Source: an uncultured archaeon (lineage in GTDB: Archaea; Altiarchaeota; Altiarchaeia; JAFGQM01). From it: a stretch of 64,000 nucleotides of DNA. The notes beneath the pieces were generated by a model. The model had not been told where the DNA came from. It saw only the letters and a list, made by a program, of their open reading frames with translations, and ran no database searches. This document shows positions 9,433 through 18,821 of this stretch, piece after piece; the stretch's first letter is position 1, and every line of letters starts with the position of its first letter. Location of the stretch: assembly GCA_964619365.1 (NCBI GenBank), contig CAZUDQ010000004.1, forward strand, positions 3,963 to 67,962, in the 5' to 3' direction. Both the position numbers and the translations under genes were made by a program.

Positions 9433-10027
9433 TCATTATTTTACAAAAAATCCGACATCAGTCGAACATCCACGGACAATAAGCATTTTTGTCAACGGTA
9501 AAAATATTCTGTTTAAGACTTCATCGTCAATGTTTTCTCCAAAAAGAATAGACCCTGCAACACTTCTCCTAATCGAAAACATGCAGCTTCCGGAGGGAAC
9601 TCCACGAGTCCTTGATATGGGGGCAGGATACGGTCCAATAGGCATCTGTGCTGCAATAGGCCGCCCCTCAGCAGAGATTGTAATGGCTGAGATAAACGAG
9701 CGGGCAAGCAGGCTTGCAAAAGAAAATGTAATTGCCGCAAGAACGACTAATGTTACTGTTGTTGAATCGGATTTTTTCTCGAATATAACAGGCAGTTTCG
9801 ATGTCATACTTTCAAATCCGCCGATTGCAATAGGCATGAAGTGCATTGAAGAGTTTATAAGAGAATCCAAGACTAGGTTAAACCAGGATGGCAGTTTACA
9901 GCTCGTCGCACGCCACAATAAAGGTGGTTCGCGTATAGCGGGAATGATGGAAAATGTTTTTGGAAACTGCGATACAATAACAAAAGGCGGAGGGTTTAGG
10001 GTTTATATAGCATACAATTCAAAATAA
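9422..10027 (+). CDS. Class I SAM-dependent methyltransferase (RsmC/MTS-like)
   Basis: HYF N-terminus, FSPKRIDPAT, LDMGAGYG, NPP, GGFRV. Confidence 0.85.
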   Translation: MENDHYFTKNPTSVEHPRTISIFVNGKNILFKTSSSMFSPKRIDPATLLLIENMQLPEGTPRVLDMGAGYGPIGICAAIGRPSAEIVMAEINERASRLAKENVIAARTTNVTVVESDFFSNITGSFDVILSNPPIAIGMKCIEEFIRESKTRLNQDGSLQLVARHNKGGSRIAGMMENVFGNCDTITKGGGFRVYIAYNSK

Positions 10028-10056
10028 TCACTTTTATCTCTTAACTAACTTTATTT

Positions 10057-10140
10057 GCTGAGGTGGCGGAATTTGGCAACGCGCTAGACTGCTAATCTAG
10101 TTTCCTCCGGGAATTCTGGGTTCAAATCCCAGCCTCAGCG
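10057..10140 (+). tRNA. tRNA-Ser (anticodon GCT)
   Basis: Acceptor GCTGAGG/CCTCAGC, anticodon arm CTAGA-CT GCT AA-TCTAG, long variable arm, GGTTCAAATCC T-arm, G73; CCA not encoded. Confidence 0.96.
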
Positions 10141-10185
10141 CCTTATTTTTATTATAGTAGTCCTAACAGGAACTGACTTTTCCCC

Positions 10186-11055
10186 TTAGAAAAAAGTTGA
10201 AAGAGTCGCCTGCCGGCTTCCTCTTTGTGGGTGCACTCTGTTTTTCTGGTACATAGGCGGTTTTGTCTGAGTGAGAATCGCGATATCATGGCCCCCCTTA
10301 GGTGGCGAGTACTGCGCGCAGACATCCTTAAAGAGGCAGTAATTGCAAAGCGGCCCTTCACACTTGGGAAACTCAATACACCCTTCAATTTCTTTTATCT
10401 TTGAGACAACGGTTCTTACATGAGTTGCGAGTTCGTCCTCAGTTCTTTTCGATGTGACTGCGCTTGCAAACTTTAGCATCTCCCACCTTAACTCGATTTC
10501 TTTTGCTTCGGGAAATTTTTCATGTGCCCATTTTCCATACATTCCCAGCTGGCGGTCTTTGTCTGCGCTTGCCTGGTTAATCATGCGGCTTGAGGTCTTA
10601 TAATCGCAAACTATTAGTGTATCACCCCTCTTTGCAAGACGGTCAATTCGCACGTACCATTCGTTCCCGTCCGGAAGCTTTAACAAATCATTTGTTTCAA
10701 GGTCAAGGGTGACTTCAGAGTCAAATGGTGCATAATTCTTATAATATTCACTTAAGCATTTTTCGCCAGTCTTAAGGTAGTCTTCCATTCTCATCCCGGC
10801 TTTTGCGATTATAACCGAATCAGTCCATTTTTTGCCCCAAGCATCACTATAATCCGAGATAATATTTTCTAAAGTTGGAACGTCACCTTTCATGACATGG
10901 GCATAAACACCTTCAAGAGCATCGTGTACCCGGCTTCCCATGAATGTTTCAACGGTATCGGGATATTTTACCTTTACCCTGTCAATGTATTGAAACTTGT
11001 ACTTTAGGCGGCACTGCTCAAATGAACCTATCCTCGAATTGGAGTAACGCGTCAT
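10186..11055 (-). CDS. PD-(D/E)XK RecB-family (Cas4/AddB-like) nuclease
   Basis: YSNSRI..F.QC, GS.VH..LE, RIDRL, DYKT, QL.MY, C-terminal CNYC.....C. Confidence 0.88.
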   Translation of the reverse strand: MTRYSNSRIGSFEQCRLKYKFQYIDRVKVKYPDTVETFMGSRVHDALEGVYAHVMKGDVPTLENIISDYSDAWGKKWTDSVIIAKAGMRMEDYLKTGEKCLSEYYKNYAPFDSEVTLDLETNDLLKLPDGNEWYVRIDRLAKRGDTLIVCDYKTSSRMINQASADKDRQLGMYGKWAHEKFPEAKEIELRWEMLKFASAVTSKRTEDELATHVRTVVSKIKEIEGCIEFPKCEGPLCNYCLFKDVCAQYSPPKGGHDIAILTQTKPPMYQKNRVHPQRGSRQATLSTFF

Positions 11056-11086
11056 CGTCTTTAGTTTGAGCTTGACCTAACAAAAG

Positions 11087-12628
11087 CTATAAGTCCATCG
11101 TGCCGTTTTTAGACGGTATCCTAACATCGCTGTGAAAGTCGCAGAAGGCCTCAGGGTTAAGCGTATGGATAGGTATTAGGATATCAGGGCTTATGCGTCT
11201 TATCATCTCTTTAATGTCATTTGGTGCCGCGTGGCCCGAGCAATGAACCTTATGCATCTTAATATTATAATGTTCAAGCCAGTTTAGCATGACTGTCCTC
11301 ATCTTCTTGTTATCCTCACCTTCGAGAAAGTGCTCGGATGAAGAATATATGTAATCCCCACCCTTTGGATTGATGTGAGCCAGTTCTATGAATCTTGTAA
11401 AATTAACAAATAGCACGTAGTCTTCTGGATTTTCTTGAAGCTCTTTATATGTCAGCGTCCATTTCCCCATATCCTCCTCTGTGCGATACATGCCAGGTTT
11501 TCTCCTGCCGCTTTTTTGAAGCCAGTCTTCAGGGAGCTCCCCTCCATAGTACCCTTTCCATACTTTGTCATAGTGCTTTTCGCTCCAGTCACCCTTGGAA
11601 TTCAACCTGTAATAAAGACCAAACTCATCACGCGAATCCGGAAGCCAGTCTATCTTCTCATTTAACGAGTCGATAAGAAACGCATAGCGCGGATCTATCA
11701 CGAGTTTTCTTCCAGCCTCCTTTGCCGCTTCCCATATGCTTTTTAGGCGGTCAACATTACACATGGCAAAGTGAGCAAAGACAAGACCATTTGATTCAGA
11801 TATGATATCAAAACAGCGCTTTTTAACTTCCGCCTCACTTTCAGAACTCTTTTTTTCATCTTCTTCCACCTCTTCTATTTCTCCAGCACTAAGTCCTGTT
11901 TTTTTAAGTTCTTTTTCGGGAACTGGCATTCTGGTCCCTTCGCAAAGCATTATTTTTGGGCAGGATTTTTCTGCCTCTCTTATGAATTCCTCTGTCATAC
12001 TTGCCATATGCCCATGCATCCTTAAGTCGCCGCTAAATGCAATATTTCCTTCTTCTTCGTTTTTGATGACATAGCCGTAAGCACCGGGTGTTGAATGCTC
12101 AACGTGGATAGGATTGAATTCAAGTCCCTTGACCCGCACAGAGTCTCCGCTCTTAAAAGGATGCATGCGTTTTCCAATAAATTCCTCATCACGCGAAAGG
12201 CAAGAATCGTCATACCCGTATTTACAGAATCGTGGGTAAAGTTCAGCATACGTGCGCATAATGTCTAAGGTCCCATGACCTAAGTGCACAGGAATTTGGG
12301 GGTCTAAGAACTTGAGTTCTCCTGTATGGTCTGAATGGTGATGCGTGAGGAATACTGCGTCAATATCCCCCTTTTGGTACTTAAGGTCTGTATGGTTTAA
12401 CATCTCTTTTGAATAGAGTCCGGGAACTTTTGGAACAAGATTCCAGGCAAAATATGGAGCGAGGCCATCCCCGATTCTGGGACTTAAATTCTCTTCTTCA
12501 AGAAAGACACCTTCGCCAAAATCAAAAGGCATCCCGAAATCAAGATAACACTTGGCACCTCCACCCTCAAGAAGTATTTTATTGCCGCCGATTTCCCCAG
12601 CACCTCCGTAAAAAGTGAATTTTGTCAT
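11087..12628 (-). CDS. Metallo-beta-lactamase/beta-CASP hydrolase (RNase J-like)
   Basis: GAGEIGGNKIL, THHHSDH, VEHSTPGAYG, SGDLRMHG, HCSGHA, IPIHT. Confidence 0.88.
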   Translation of the reverse strand: MTKFTFYGGAGEIGGNKILLEGGGAKCYLDFGMPFDFGEGVFLEEENLSPRIGDGLAPYFAWNLVPKVPGLYSKEMLNHTDLKYQKGDIDAVFLTHHHSDHTGELKFLDPQIPVHLGHGTLDIMRTYAELYPRFCKYGYDDSCLSRDEEFIGKRMHPFKSGDSVRVKGLEFNPIHVEHSTPGAYGYVIKNEEEGNIAFSGDLRMHGHMASMTEEFIREAEKSCPKIMLCEGTRMPVPEKELKKTGLSAGEIEEVEEDEKKSSESEAEVKKRCFDIISESNGLVFAHFAMCNVDRLKSIWEAAKEAGRKLVIDPRYAFLIDSLNEKIDWLPDSRDEFGLYYRLNSKGDWSEKHYDKVWKGYYGGELPEDWLQKSGRRKPGMYRTEEDMGKWTLTYKELQENPEDYVLFVNFTRFIELAHINPKGGDYIYSSSEHFLEGEDNKKMRTVMLNWLEHYNIKMHKVHCSGHAAPNDIKEMIRRISPDILIPIHTLNPEAFCDFHSDVRIPSKNGTMDL

Positions 12629-12774
12629 AGCGCAGTTATTTTATACGGAGATTTAATAAGTCTATTTGCTATAAAAGCACTGGTCACTCGCCAAAACCCC
12701 CTTTTATATCCATTCCTTCTAATAAATCGCTTTTTAATCCTAATTAAAACACATACAACAAAGGAGATAATCAA

Positions 12775-13191
12775 ATGGCAGAATGGGGAGGGTGGTGGAC
12801 GAATAGAGGAAAAGACACCATCGTCAAATGCACTTTTTGTGGAAGAAACGTGCCTAAGCACAAAGCGGTAGAAGTTAAGGTCGGCGGGAGACTCTCGCGC
12901 GACGTATATGAAGTGGCAGAAGTGGTCTCAATGGCCTCAACCAAAGGTTATGCATGCATAAGCTGCGCTAAGCATCGTCACATAATAAAAGACGGTATCC
13001 ATACGACTGAAAAAGAAAAGCGTCTGAAAAAACACGCAAAAGCTAAGCGTGAAATGGACAAAGTTCTTATAAGAATCAAGGAAATCGAAAAGGCTGAAAA
13101 AAGCGCAAAGCCAAAACCTTTGGATAATAAAACATCTGAAAAGAAGGTTGTTGAGGCAAAGAAAGCTCCAGTCGAAGAAAAGAAGGAGTAA
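12775..13191 (+). CDS. rps26e: Probable divergent 30S ribosomal protein eS26
   Basis: RG...VKCTFCGRNVPKHKA and YACISCAKH match the eS26 zinc-binding pattern; GGAG SD-like motif upstream. Confidence 0.75.
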   Translation: MAEWGGWWTNRGKDTIVKCTFCGRNVPKHKAVEVKVGGRLSRDVYEVAEVVSMASTKGYACISCAKHRHIIKDGIHTTEKEKRLKKHAKAKREMDKVLIRIKEIEKAEKSAKPKPLDNKTSEKKVVEAKKAPVEEKKE

Positions 13192-13236
13192 TCCTTCTTA
13201 GTTTTTTATTTTCTATTAAACTCTAGTACTTTTTCT

Positions 13237-13319
13237 GCGAGGGTGCCGGAGTGGTCAAACGGGCCAGGCTTAGGACCTGGTGGCTTAGGTCTGCGCGGGT
13301 TCGAACCCCGTCCCTTGCA
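13237..13319 (+). tRNA. tRNA-Leu (anticodon TAG)
   Basis: Acceptor GCGAGGG/CCCTTGC, CCAGG-CT TAG GA-CCTGG, long variable arm, GGTTCGAACCCC, A73. Confidence 0.96.
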
Positions 13320-13335
13320 CTCGTTTTCTTTAATT

Positions 13336-14082
13336 ATGGATGGCAACAATACAAAGGATATAGTCCGTAAGAAATATTCTGCCATAGCTTCTGCTCCTTC
13401 ACCTTGTTCATGTTGTCAGCCCAGCGCTTGTAAATCTAAGGACGTAATGTCTGAAATCGGATATTCATCCGAAGAGCTTTCAAACGTCCCTGAGGCGGCT
13501 CTTGGCCTTGGATGTGGGAACCCAACTGCGTTTGCTCAGATACAGGAAGGTGACACAGTAATTGACTTTGGCTGTGGTGCGGGGATAGATTGTTTTCTTG
13601 CCTCTAAAAAGACAGGAGAAACAGGCAGGGTAATTGGAATTGATATGACTCCAGCCATGATTGATAAGTCTAAAGAGTTCGCAGAAAAATATGATTATTC
13701 CAATTGCGAGTTCATACTCGCAGATATCGAGGATATCCTACTTCCTGATGATTCTGCAGATGTGATAATAAGCAATTGTGTAATAAATCTTGCACCATCA
13801 AAAGAGAAGGTATTCTCTGAAACCTATCGTCTCCTTAAACCGCATGGGCGACTTGTAGCTTCAGACATGGTTCTTACAAGAGAACTTACAGAAAGCCAAA
13901 GAAATGACCCAGACCTTATTGCAGGATGCGTGGGTGCTGCGATACTGCGTGACGACTATCTAGACCTCATAAAAGCAGCTGGATTTAGTTCAGTAAAAAT
14001 AGTTTCAGAGAACAAGGACATATCAAAAAGCCAGTATCAGGCTATGCCTGTTTTAAGCCTGCGTTATATTGCTGAAAAGTAA
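13336..14082 (+). CDS. arsM: Arsenite methyltransferase ArsM-like (start moved to ATG 13336; the listed 13243 start lies inside the tRNA)
   Basis: Cys-rich N-terminus, [33 protein letters not shown]. Confidence 0.88.
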   Translation: MDGNNTKDIVRKKYSAIASAPSPCSCCQPSACKSKDVMSEIGYSSEELSNVPEAALGLGCGNPTAFAQIQEGDTVIDFGCGAGIDCFLASKKTGETGRVIGIDMTPAMIDKSKEFAEKYDYSNCEFILADIEDILLPDDSADVIISNCVINLAPSKEKVFSETYRLLKPHGRLVASDMVLTRELTESQRNDPDLIAGCVGAAILRDDYLDLIKAAGFSSVKIVSENKDISKSQYQAMPVLSLRYIAEK

Positions 14083-14084
14083 GA

Positions 14085-16046
14085 TTATTGTTCTGTAAAA
14101 TCAGAACTCATCCTTAGCTCTTCTTCAGCCTTAAGATCGTCTATATCCTTTAAGATTTCAGGGTCTATTATATACTCCAATTCCTGCTGCTTCTTTTTCT
14201 CAAGGAGTTTTATCTCATGGATTTTATTCCTAAGTATGCGTTTTTCTCCACCTTTCTTTAGTGCGCGGCCCAAATGCTCAGAAGCTTCTCTACCGCCAAG
14301 TAATTTTAAGTGAATAACATAATCGGCCCCCTCCCTGTAGAAGTCTATTGCATTCTCAAGAGTTTTTGCCGTGACAAATATTATTGCCTTGGGGTTGACG
14401 TCACTAGTCCTGTTAATGATGAACTTTGAGTCGTCTTCATCGGGTACCGTGGATATCACAATCTTTGCATCGTGAAGTTTTATCTTCTCAAGAATCTCAA
14501 CATCTTCTATGTCCCCGTAAAGGCAGTGGACTCCGCGTTTCATAAGTTTCTTTATTACTTCTGGATTATGGTCTACAACGACAAAATGAGTATCAGTCTG
14601 CTGCAGTTTATTAACAATCTCCATCCCCATTATATGCGCCCCGAAAAGAACGACGTGATTTTTCATCTCACGATCCGGGAAATGCTCAAGCCTGTGTTTT
14701 TCTCCGTGTTTTTGCATGCGTTCAAAGCGTGAGAGTATACCTGAAAATGGCATATACATGGCGTTGCCGTATTTTATTAGGTATGGAGTAAGCGAAATTG
14801 TCACAATCGCCATAATCAAAGTCATTGGAAGAACATAGGCTTCGTCCCCCCCCGCAAGACTTCCACCAGCAATAGCCATAGGTATTCCCAGTACAAGGAT
14901 AAGGGAGAATTCGCTTACTTGACCTAATGCAACACCTGAGAGAAAAGACGTTCGTTTCTCATAGCCGCTCAAAAGCGAAAGTATTGTTATTACAGCAGGC
15001 TTTATTACCAGCAAAAGTCCACAGAAGACAAGTGCGGGAATAAGGATTGCCCCATAATCTATGTTAAGGGTAAACTGCATTCCAAGAGACACAAAGAACA
15101 TTATTGCAAAAAAGTCGCGCAACGGTTTTATTTTTGAGGCGACCTCAATGTTATATGGGAAAACCGCAAGCGAGAGCCCACCTATAAAGCCACCTATCGC
15201 CATAGAAAATCCTAAGGAGTAAGCCATAAGTGCAAAGATAAATGCCATCGATAAAGCAAATAAAAAGACAAGTTCGCTAGACTTTGATATGGGTTTAAGG
15301 ATTTTTGGCGATACATACCTGCTTAAAACAATGGCAATAGCGAAAAGTCCAAGAACCGTGATAATCGCATTTGCAATTGGTTCGATTGAAATTGCACCCA
15401 TCTCTTCAGCCGAGGACAGTACTGACATCACAATTACAACGAGAATATCCTGCATAAGAAGGATACCTAAGATTATTCTACCGTGAAGTGTTTCAATTTC
15501 ATCACGATCAGAAAGTATCTTGATTACAACCATAGTGCTTGAGAATGCAAGGATTAAACCAAGATACATTGCAGACATGGCAGAAAAGCCCAGTACAGCC
15601 GCGGCAAAATAGCCTATAACAAAGGTTATCGCAACTTGTCCTGTGCCTATTATAACTGCTGCCTTGCCAACATCTTTTAAGCGCGATAAGTCTAGTTCGA
15701 TTCCTACTGTAAAAAGAAGGAAGGTTATGCCAAGTTCAGAAAGAGCTGTAACAAAAACCTGGTCTGCGATTATATTATGTTGGAATATGAGTGTGCTCCC
15801 TATCGGCCCTATTAGTATACCTGCGATAATATAAGCAGGTATGAGAGGTTGTTTTAGTCCCGTTGCAACAAACGCGAGAATTGTTGCCATGACAACAACG
15901 GCCCCCAGTTCGGCAATTATCAAGATTTCGCCATGGACGTCTTCACCCAAAAGCTCCTCTAGGCCATTTTGTTCACCATCCGAAAGGCCAAAAGCCATGG
16001 GGATTAGTATGAAAAGTGCAATAATCGCAAAAAATATCTTTTTCAT
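14085..16046 (-). CDS. Kef-type cation:proton antiporter (CPA2) with C-terminal KTN/TrkA-N domain
   Basis: ELGITFLLFTVGIE, AFSST, LLMQD, PLRDFF, GQVSEFS, G(A)HIMG, YGD. Confidence 0.9.
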   Translation of the reverse strand: MKKIFFAIIALFILIPMAFGLSDGEQNGLEELLGEDVHGEILIIAELGAVVVMATILAFVATGLKQPLIPAYIIAGILIGPIGSTLIFQHNIIADQVFVTALSELGITFLLFTVGIELDLSRLKDVGKAAVIIGTGQVAITFVIGYFAAAVLGFSAMSAMYLGLILAFSSTMVVIKILSDRDEIETLHGRIILGILLMQDILVVIVMSVLSSAEEMGAISIEPIANAIITVLGLFAIAIVLSRYVSPKILKPISKSSELVFLFALSMAFIFALMAYSLGFSMAIGGFIGGLSLAVFPYNIEVASKIKPLRDFFAIMFFVSLGMQFTLNIDYGAILIPALVFCGLLLVIKPAVITILSLLSGYEKRTSFLSGVALGQVSEFSLILVLGIPMAIAGGSLAGGDEAYVLPMTLIMAIVTISLTPYLIKYGNAMYMPFSGILSRFERMQKHGEKHRLEHFPDREMKNHVVLFGAHIMGMEIVNKLQQTDTHFVVVDHNPEVIKKLMKRGVHCLYGDIEDVEILEKIKLHDAKIVISTVPDEDDSKFIINRTSDVNPKAIIFVTAKTLENAIDFYREGADYVIHLKLLGGREASEHLGRALKKGGEKRILRNKIHEIKLLEKKKQQELEYIIDPEILKDIDDLKAEEELRMSSDFTEQ

Positions 16047-16097
16047 TCTTTTGGGCGCTTAATCACTCAGATATTAACGAGACAAGAAATTAAAGCA

Positions 16098-16784
16098 TTA
16101 GCCCTCAACCGTTCCGATTCTAGGTATTTTTCCAACTTTTCCAACATTCCTGCCTTTTACTATGAAAACACCGTCGATTTCTTTGCCCACGTATTCTTTA
16201 GCAAATAAGATGCCGTCCTCTATTTCTCCCACTTTATTTGCAATAGCTGTTGCAAAGGCATCGGCAATTGCCGCGTTTTTGGCAAAGACAATTGTTGCGT
16301 CACAATTTCCAAAACTTATTGAATGTCCGACTTTCCCTGACGATGTGCATATGGCATAACCGCTTTCTTTTGGGTTTATCTCAAATACGAGCCTCTCAGA
16401 TACTGGATTATTGCCAGCGTGTACAGATACTTTAAAAATTCTGTCCCCATAACAAAATATATCCCCACCGTTTTCAACTATTGCCCAGGAGCACCCAGAT
16501 TCTTTTAGCTTTTTGCAAATAAGTTCAGATACAGTCCCTGCAACAGCAGCCATCGGCCCAACATCCGCTTTTTTACTTGCATCCAGCATTTCACGGATGA
16601 TTTCAGGGAGATTTTCTTCACTTAAACTTATCGGCTCATGTGATGTTTGGAAATAGGGATCTTTTTTGATGACCCCCTCAAGAGTATGCCTTAGGTTTGC
16701 GATTTCCTCTCGTATGAGCTCTCCTGCGTCTGTTTGTGCTTCAACAGAGATAATAGAGTCCTTGTATCTGAATGTTTCGAGCAT
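16098..16784 (-). CDS. UPF0280 / COG2122 ApbE-like protein
   Basis: VGPMAAVAG, VENGGDI, ICTSSGKVGHSISFG..DA, ADAFATA. Confidence 0.88.
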   Translation of the reverse strand: MLETFRYKDSIISVEAQTDAGELIREEIANLRHTLEGVIKKDPYFQTSHEPISLSEENLPEIIREMLDASKKADVGPMAAVAGTVSELICKKLKESGCSWAIVENGGDIFCYGDRIFKVSVHAGNNPVSERLVFEINPKESGYAICTSSGKVGHSISFGNCDATIVFAKNAAIADAFATAIANKVGEIEDGILFAKEYVGKEIDGVFIVKGRNVGKVGKIPRIGTVEG

Positions 16785-17170
16785 TAGAATTCAGGTTTTT
16801 TAAGGGCGCCTCTGGGACAAGCATCAATACAGTTGCCACAAAGCGCGCACTTATCTTCATCATATTCAAGCTTACCTTCCTTGTTTATGCTAAATGCCCC
16901 AACTGGACAAATGGCGACGCACGCTCCACAATTGATACACTTTTCTTTATCATAAAGCACAGCGTCTTTTTGTTCGCTTGTCGGAACTCCCCTTTCCTTT
17001 AAGAATGAAAGAATAGTTTTTTCTTTTTCTTTTGGGAACCTTATCAGAATATTCCCATTGGCATCAGCCCTGAGCATGTTTATGGGGACGCCTGTCTTAA
17101 GGATACATTCGGCAAGAACCGGCTCGTTTACTTGTTTTTCCGTTAATTTTATCAGGTATTTTTTAGTCAT
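16784..17170 (-). CDS. NIL domain plus 2x[4Fe-4S] ferredoxin (MA1822-like)
   Basis: CINCGACVAICP and CALCGNCIDACP; INML(R)A NIL-like N-terminus. Confidence 0.85.
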   Translation of the reverse strand: MTKKYLIKLTEKQVNEPVLAECILKTGVPINMLRADANGNILIRFPKEKEKTILSFLKERGVPTSEQKDAVLYDKEKCINCGACVAICPVGAFSINKEGKLEYDEDKCALCGNCIDACPRGALKKPEF

Positions 17171-17180
17171 ACTTTCCCCC

Positions 17181-18701
17181 CTATTTCCTTAATGCGGATG
17201 CTAAGTCCCCGTTTGTAATAATACCTAAGATCTCACCCTTTGCCCCTATCACAGGAAGTGCTGAGATATTGTTTCGCCTCATTTTTTCTGCGGCAATAAT
17301 GGTTGTTTCCTTAGGACTTGTTGTGATGACCTTTCTTGTTGCAACTTCCTCTAGCTTTTCTTTTCCTTCAGCAAGAGCGCGCGCGAGATCCCAAGACGTG
17401 ACAATACCCCAAAGCTTGTCCCCCCTTTCGATAAGTATGTGGTTTATCCCTTTCCCTATCATAAGTTTCGAGACCTCCGTTATAGTCCCGGTTTCCTTAA
17501 TGGTAATTGCCCGTTTCATTATGGAGGATACTTCCGGTCCGTTTTGTCTCATTGGACGCACAATGGATTTTTTCGGAAAGTATGAAATGGGTTCGGCAAT
17601 ACTAAAAGCATCTTTTTCCACCCAGGTTTTAAGCTCGTCTGCAATTTCCCTTGCGAGGTCTAAAGAAGCTAGAGATGAAGTCCTTACCTCCTTATTTCCG
17701 AGTTCAATTTTCCCCGAGCGAAGCTCTTTATAGTTAACTTCCTTTAGTATGGGTTTTCCCGGTGCCGAATAGTCAAGTACATTTGTAAAAATCTCTTCGT
17801 CCTTTATCGCGCAGCGTTTTGCGATATCCTCATTGAGTATTGGTATTGGTATTCCCAGTCCAACATAAAGACTTACGCCGTATCCAGTAAAGCTTCCACC
17901 ACGAATGTATTTCGGACTGCATCCTTTGAGGTCGCCTTTTACTGCAATAGTTCCGGCAGGTCCCACAGGAACGCCGTTTTTGCGCGGAACCTCGGTGTTA
18001 AATTGGGTACCTTCTCCAATCACAAAGCCTTCACCACCACCTAAGAATATCCGAGTGCCAAACCCTATTGTCTCAAAGTAAGGGTCGTTTATCAAAGGCG
18101 AAAGTTGAGATGATGTAGTATAAGTGACATTACCATTATCTGGAAGAAGTTTCCCCATGTATGTGTATATGGGCGTTTCAGAGGAGTTTGTCGCGGCCGC
18201 ATAGTTCTGGTATGCATTTCTTGGATTAAGGAGCCAGGCCTGGTTGAGGTCGTTTAGAGTAAAATCAGTCTTTACTTTCTTTCTGGGATAGCAGTCTGTT
18301 CCATTAGATGTTGCCCTAAGCTCGATTTCCTCGCCCTTAAGCAAGTCTTCGATGACATGGCCGCCTCCGTATGATATTCCTTCAGTCTCTGAGAGCTGAG
18401 TTGCGCCTAAGTATGCATCAACGGCTGCAATCCCGGTATATGCCTCAACATCGTTAAGCCATACCTTCTGCATCTTGATAGGGGGGTCTGAATGTCCGAA
18501 ATTAAGAAGGGCACCAGATGAGCACATGGCCCCAAAAGTACCTGTTGTTACTACATCAACCTCCTTTGCAGCAACACTCACGCCGTTTTCCTCGACAAAA
18601 GAGATCATTTCTTCAGCAGTCAGGACTAGCGCGTCCCCGCTTTTAATCTTCTCATTAATCTCTGCATAGCTTTTAGTATGCGCTTTGTTGCTCTTTGTCA
18701 T
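17181..18701 (-). CDS. Homocysteine biosynthesis protein (COG1900/DUF39 plus CBS; MA1821-like)
   Basis: KSYAEINEKI, VDVVTTGTFGAMCSSGA, NPRNAYQNY, GEGTQ; two C-terminal CBS repeats. Confidence 0.9.
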   Translation of the reverse strand: MTKSNKAHTKSYAEINEKIKSGDALVLTAEEMISFVEENGVSVAAKEVDVVTTGTFGAMCSSGALLNFGHSDPPIKMQKVWLNDVEAYTGIAAVDAYLGATQLSETEGISYGGGHVIEDLLKGEEIELRATSNGTDCYPRKKVKTDFTLNDLNQAWLLNPRNAYQNYAAATNSSETPIYTYMGKLLPDNGNVTYTTSSQLSPLINDPYFETIGFGTRIFLGGGEGFVIGEGTQFNTEVPRKNGVPVGPAGTIAVKGDLKGCSPKYIRGGSFTGYGVSLYVGLGIPIPILNEDIAKRCAIKDEEIFTNVLDYSAPGKPILKEVNYKELRSGKIELGNKEVRTSSLASLDLAREIADELKTWVEKDAFSIAEPISYFPKKSIVRPMRQNGPEVSSIMKRAITIKETGTITEVSKLMIGKGINHILIERGDKLWGIVTSWDLARALAEGKEKLEEVATRKVITTSPKETTIIAAEKMRRNNISALPVIGAKGEILGIITNGDLASALRK

Positions 18702-18821
18702 TTCGAAACCTTATTGATAGTGGATATAAAAAAGATTCTAAGTAAGGATATTACTATAAGTAATATAAAAAGTAGGTATCCAAATGCTTTTTAGGCCTAT
18801 TTCTCAAATTAGGCACTTAGA

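Noticed and set aside
13243-13335. 31-aa N-terminal extension of ArsM in the ORF track
   Set aside because: It is the tRNA-Leu sequence read in frame.
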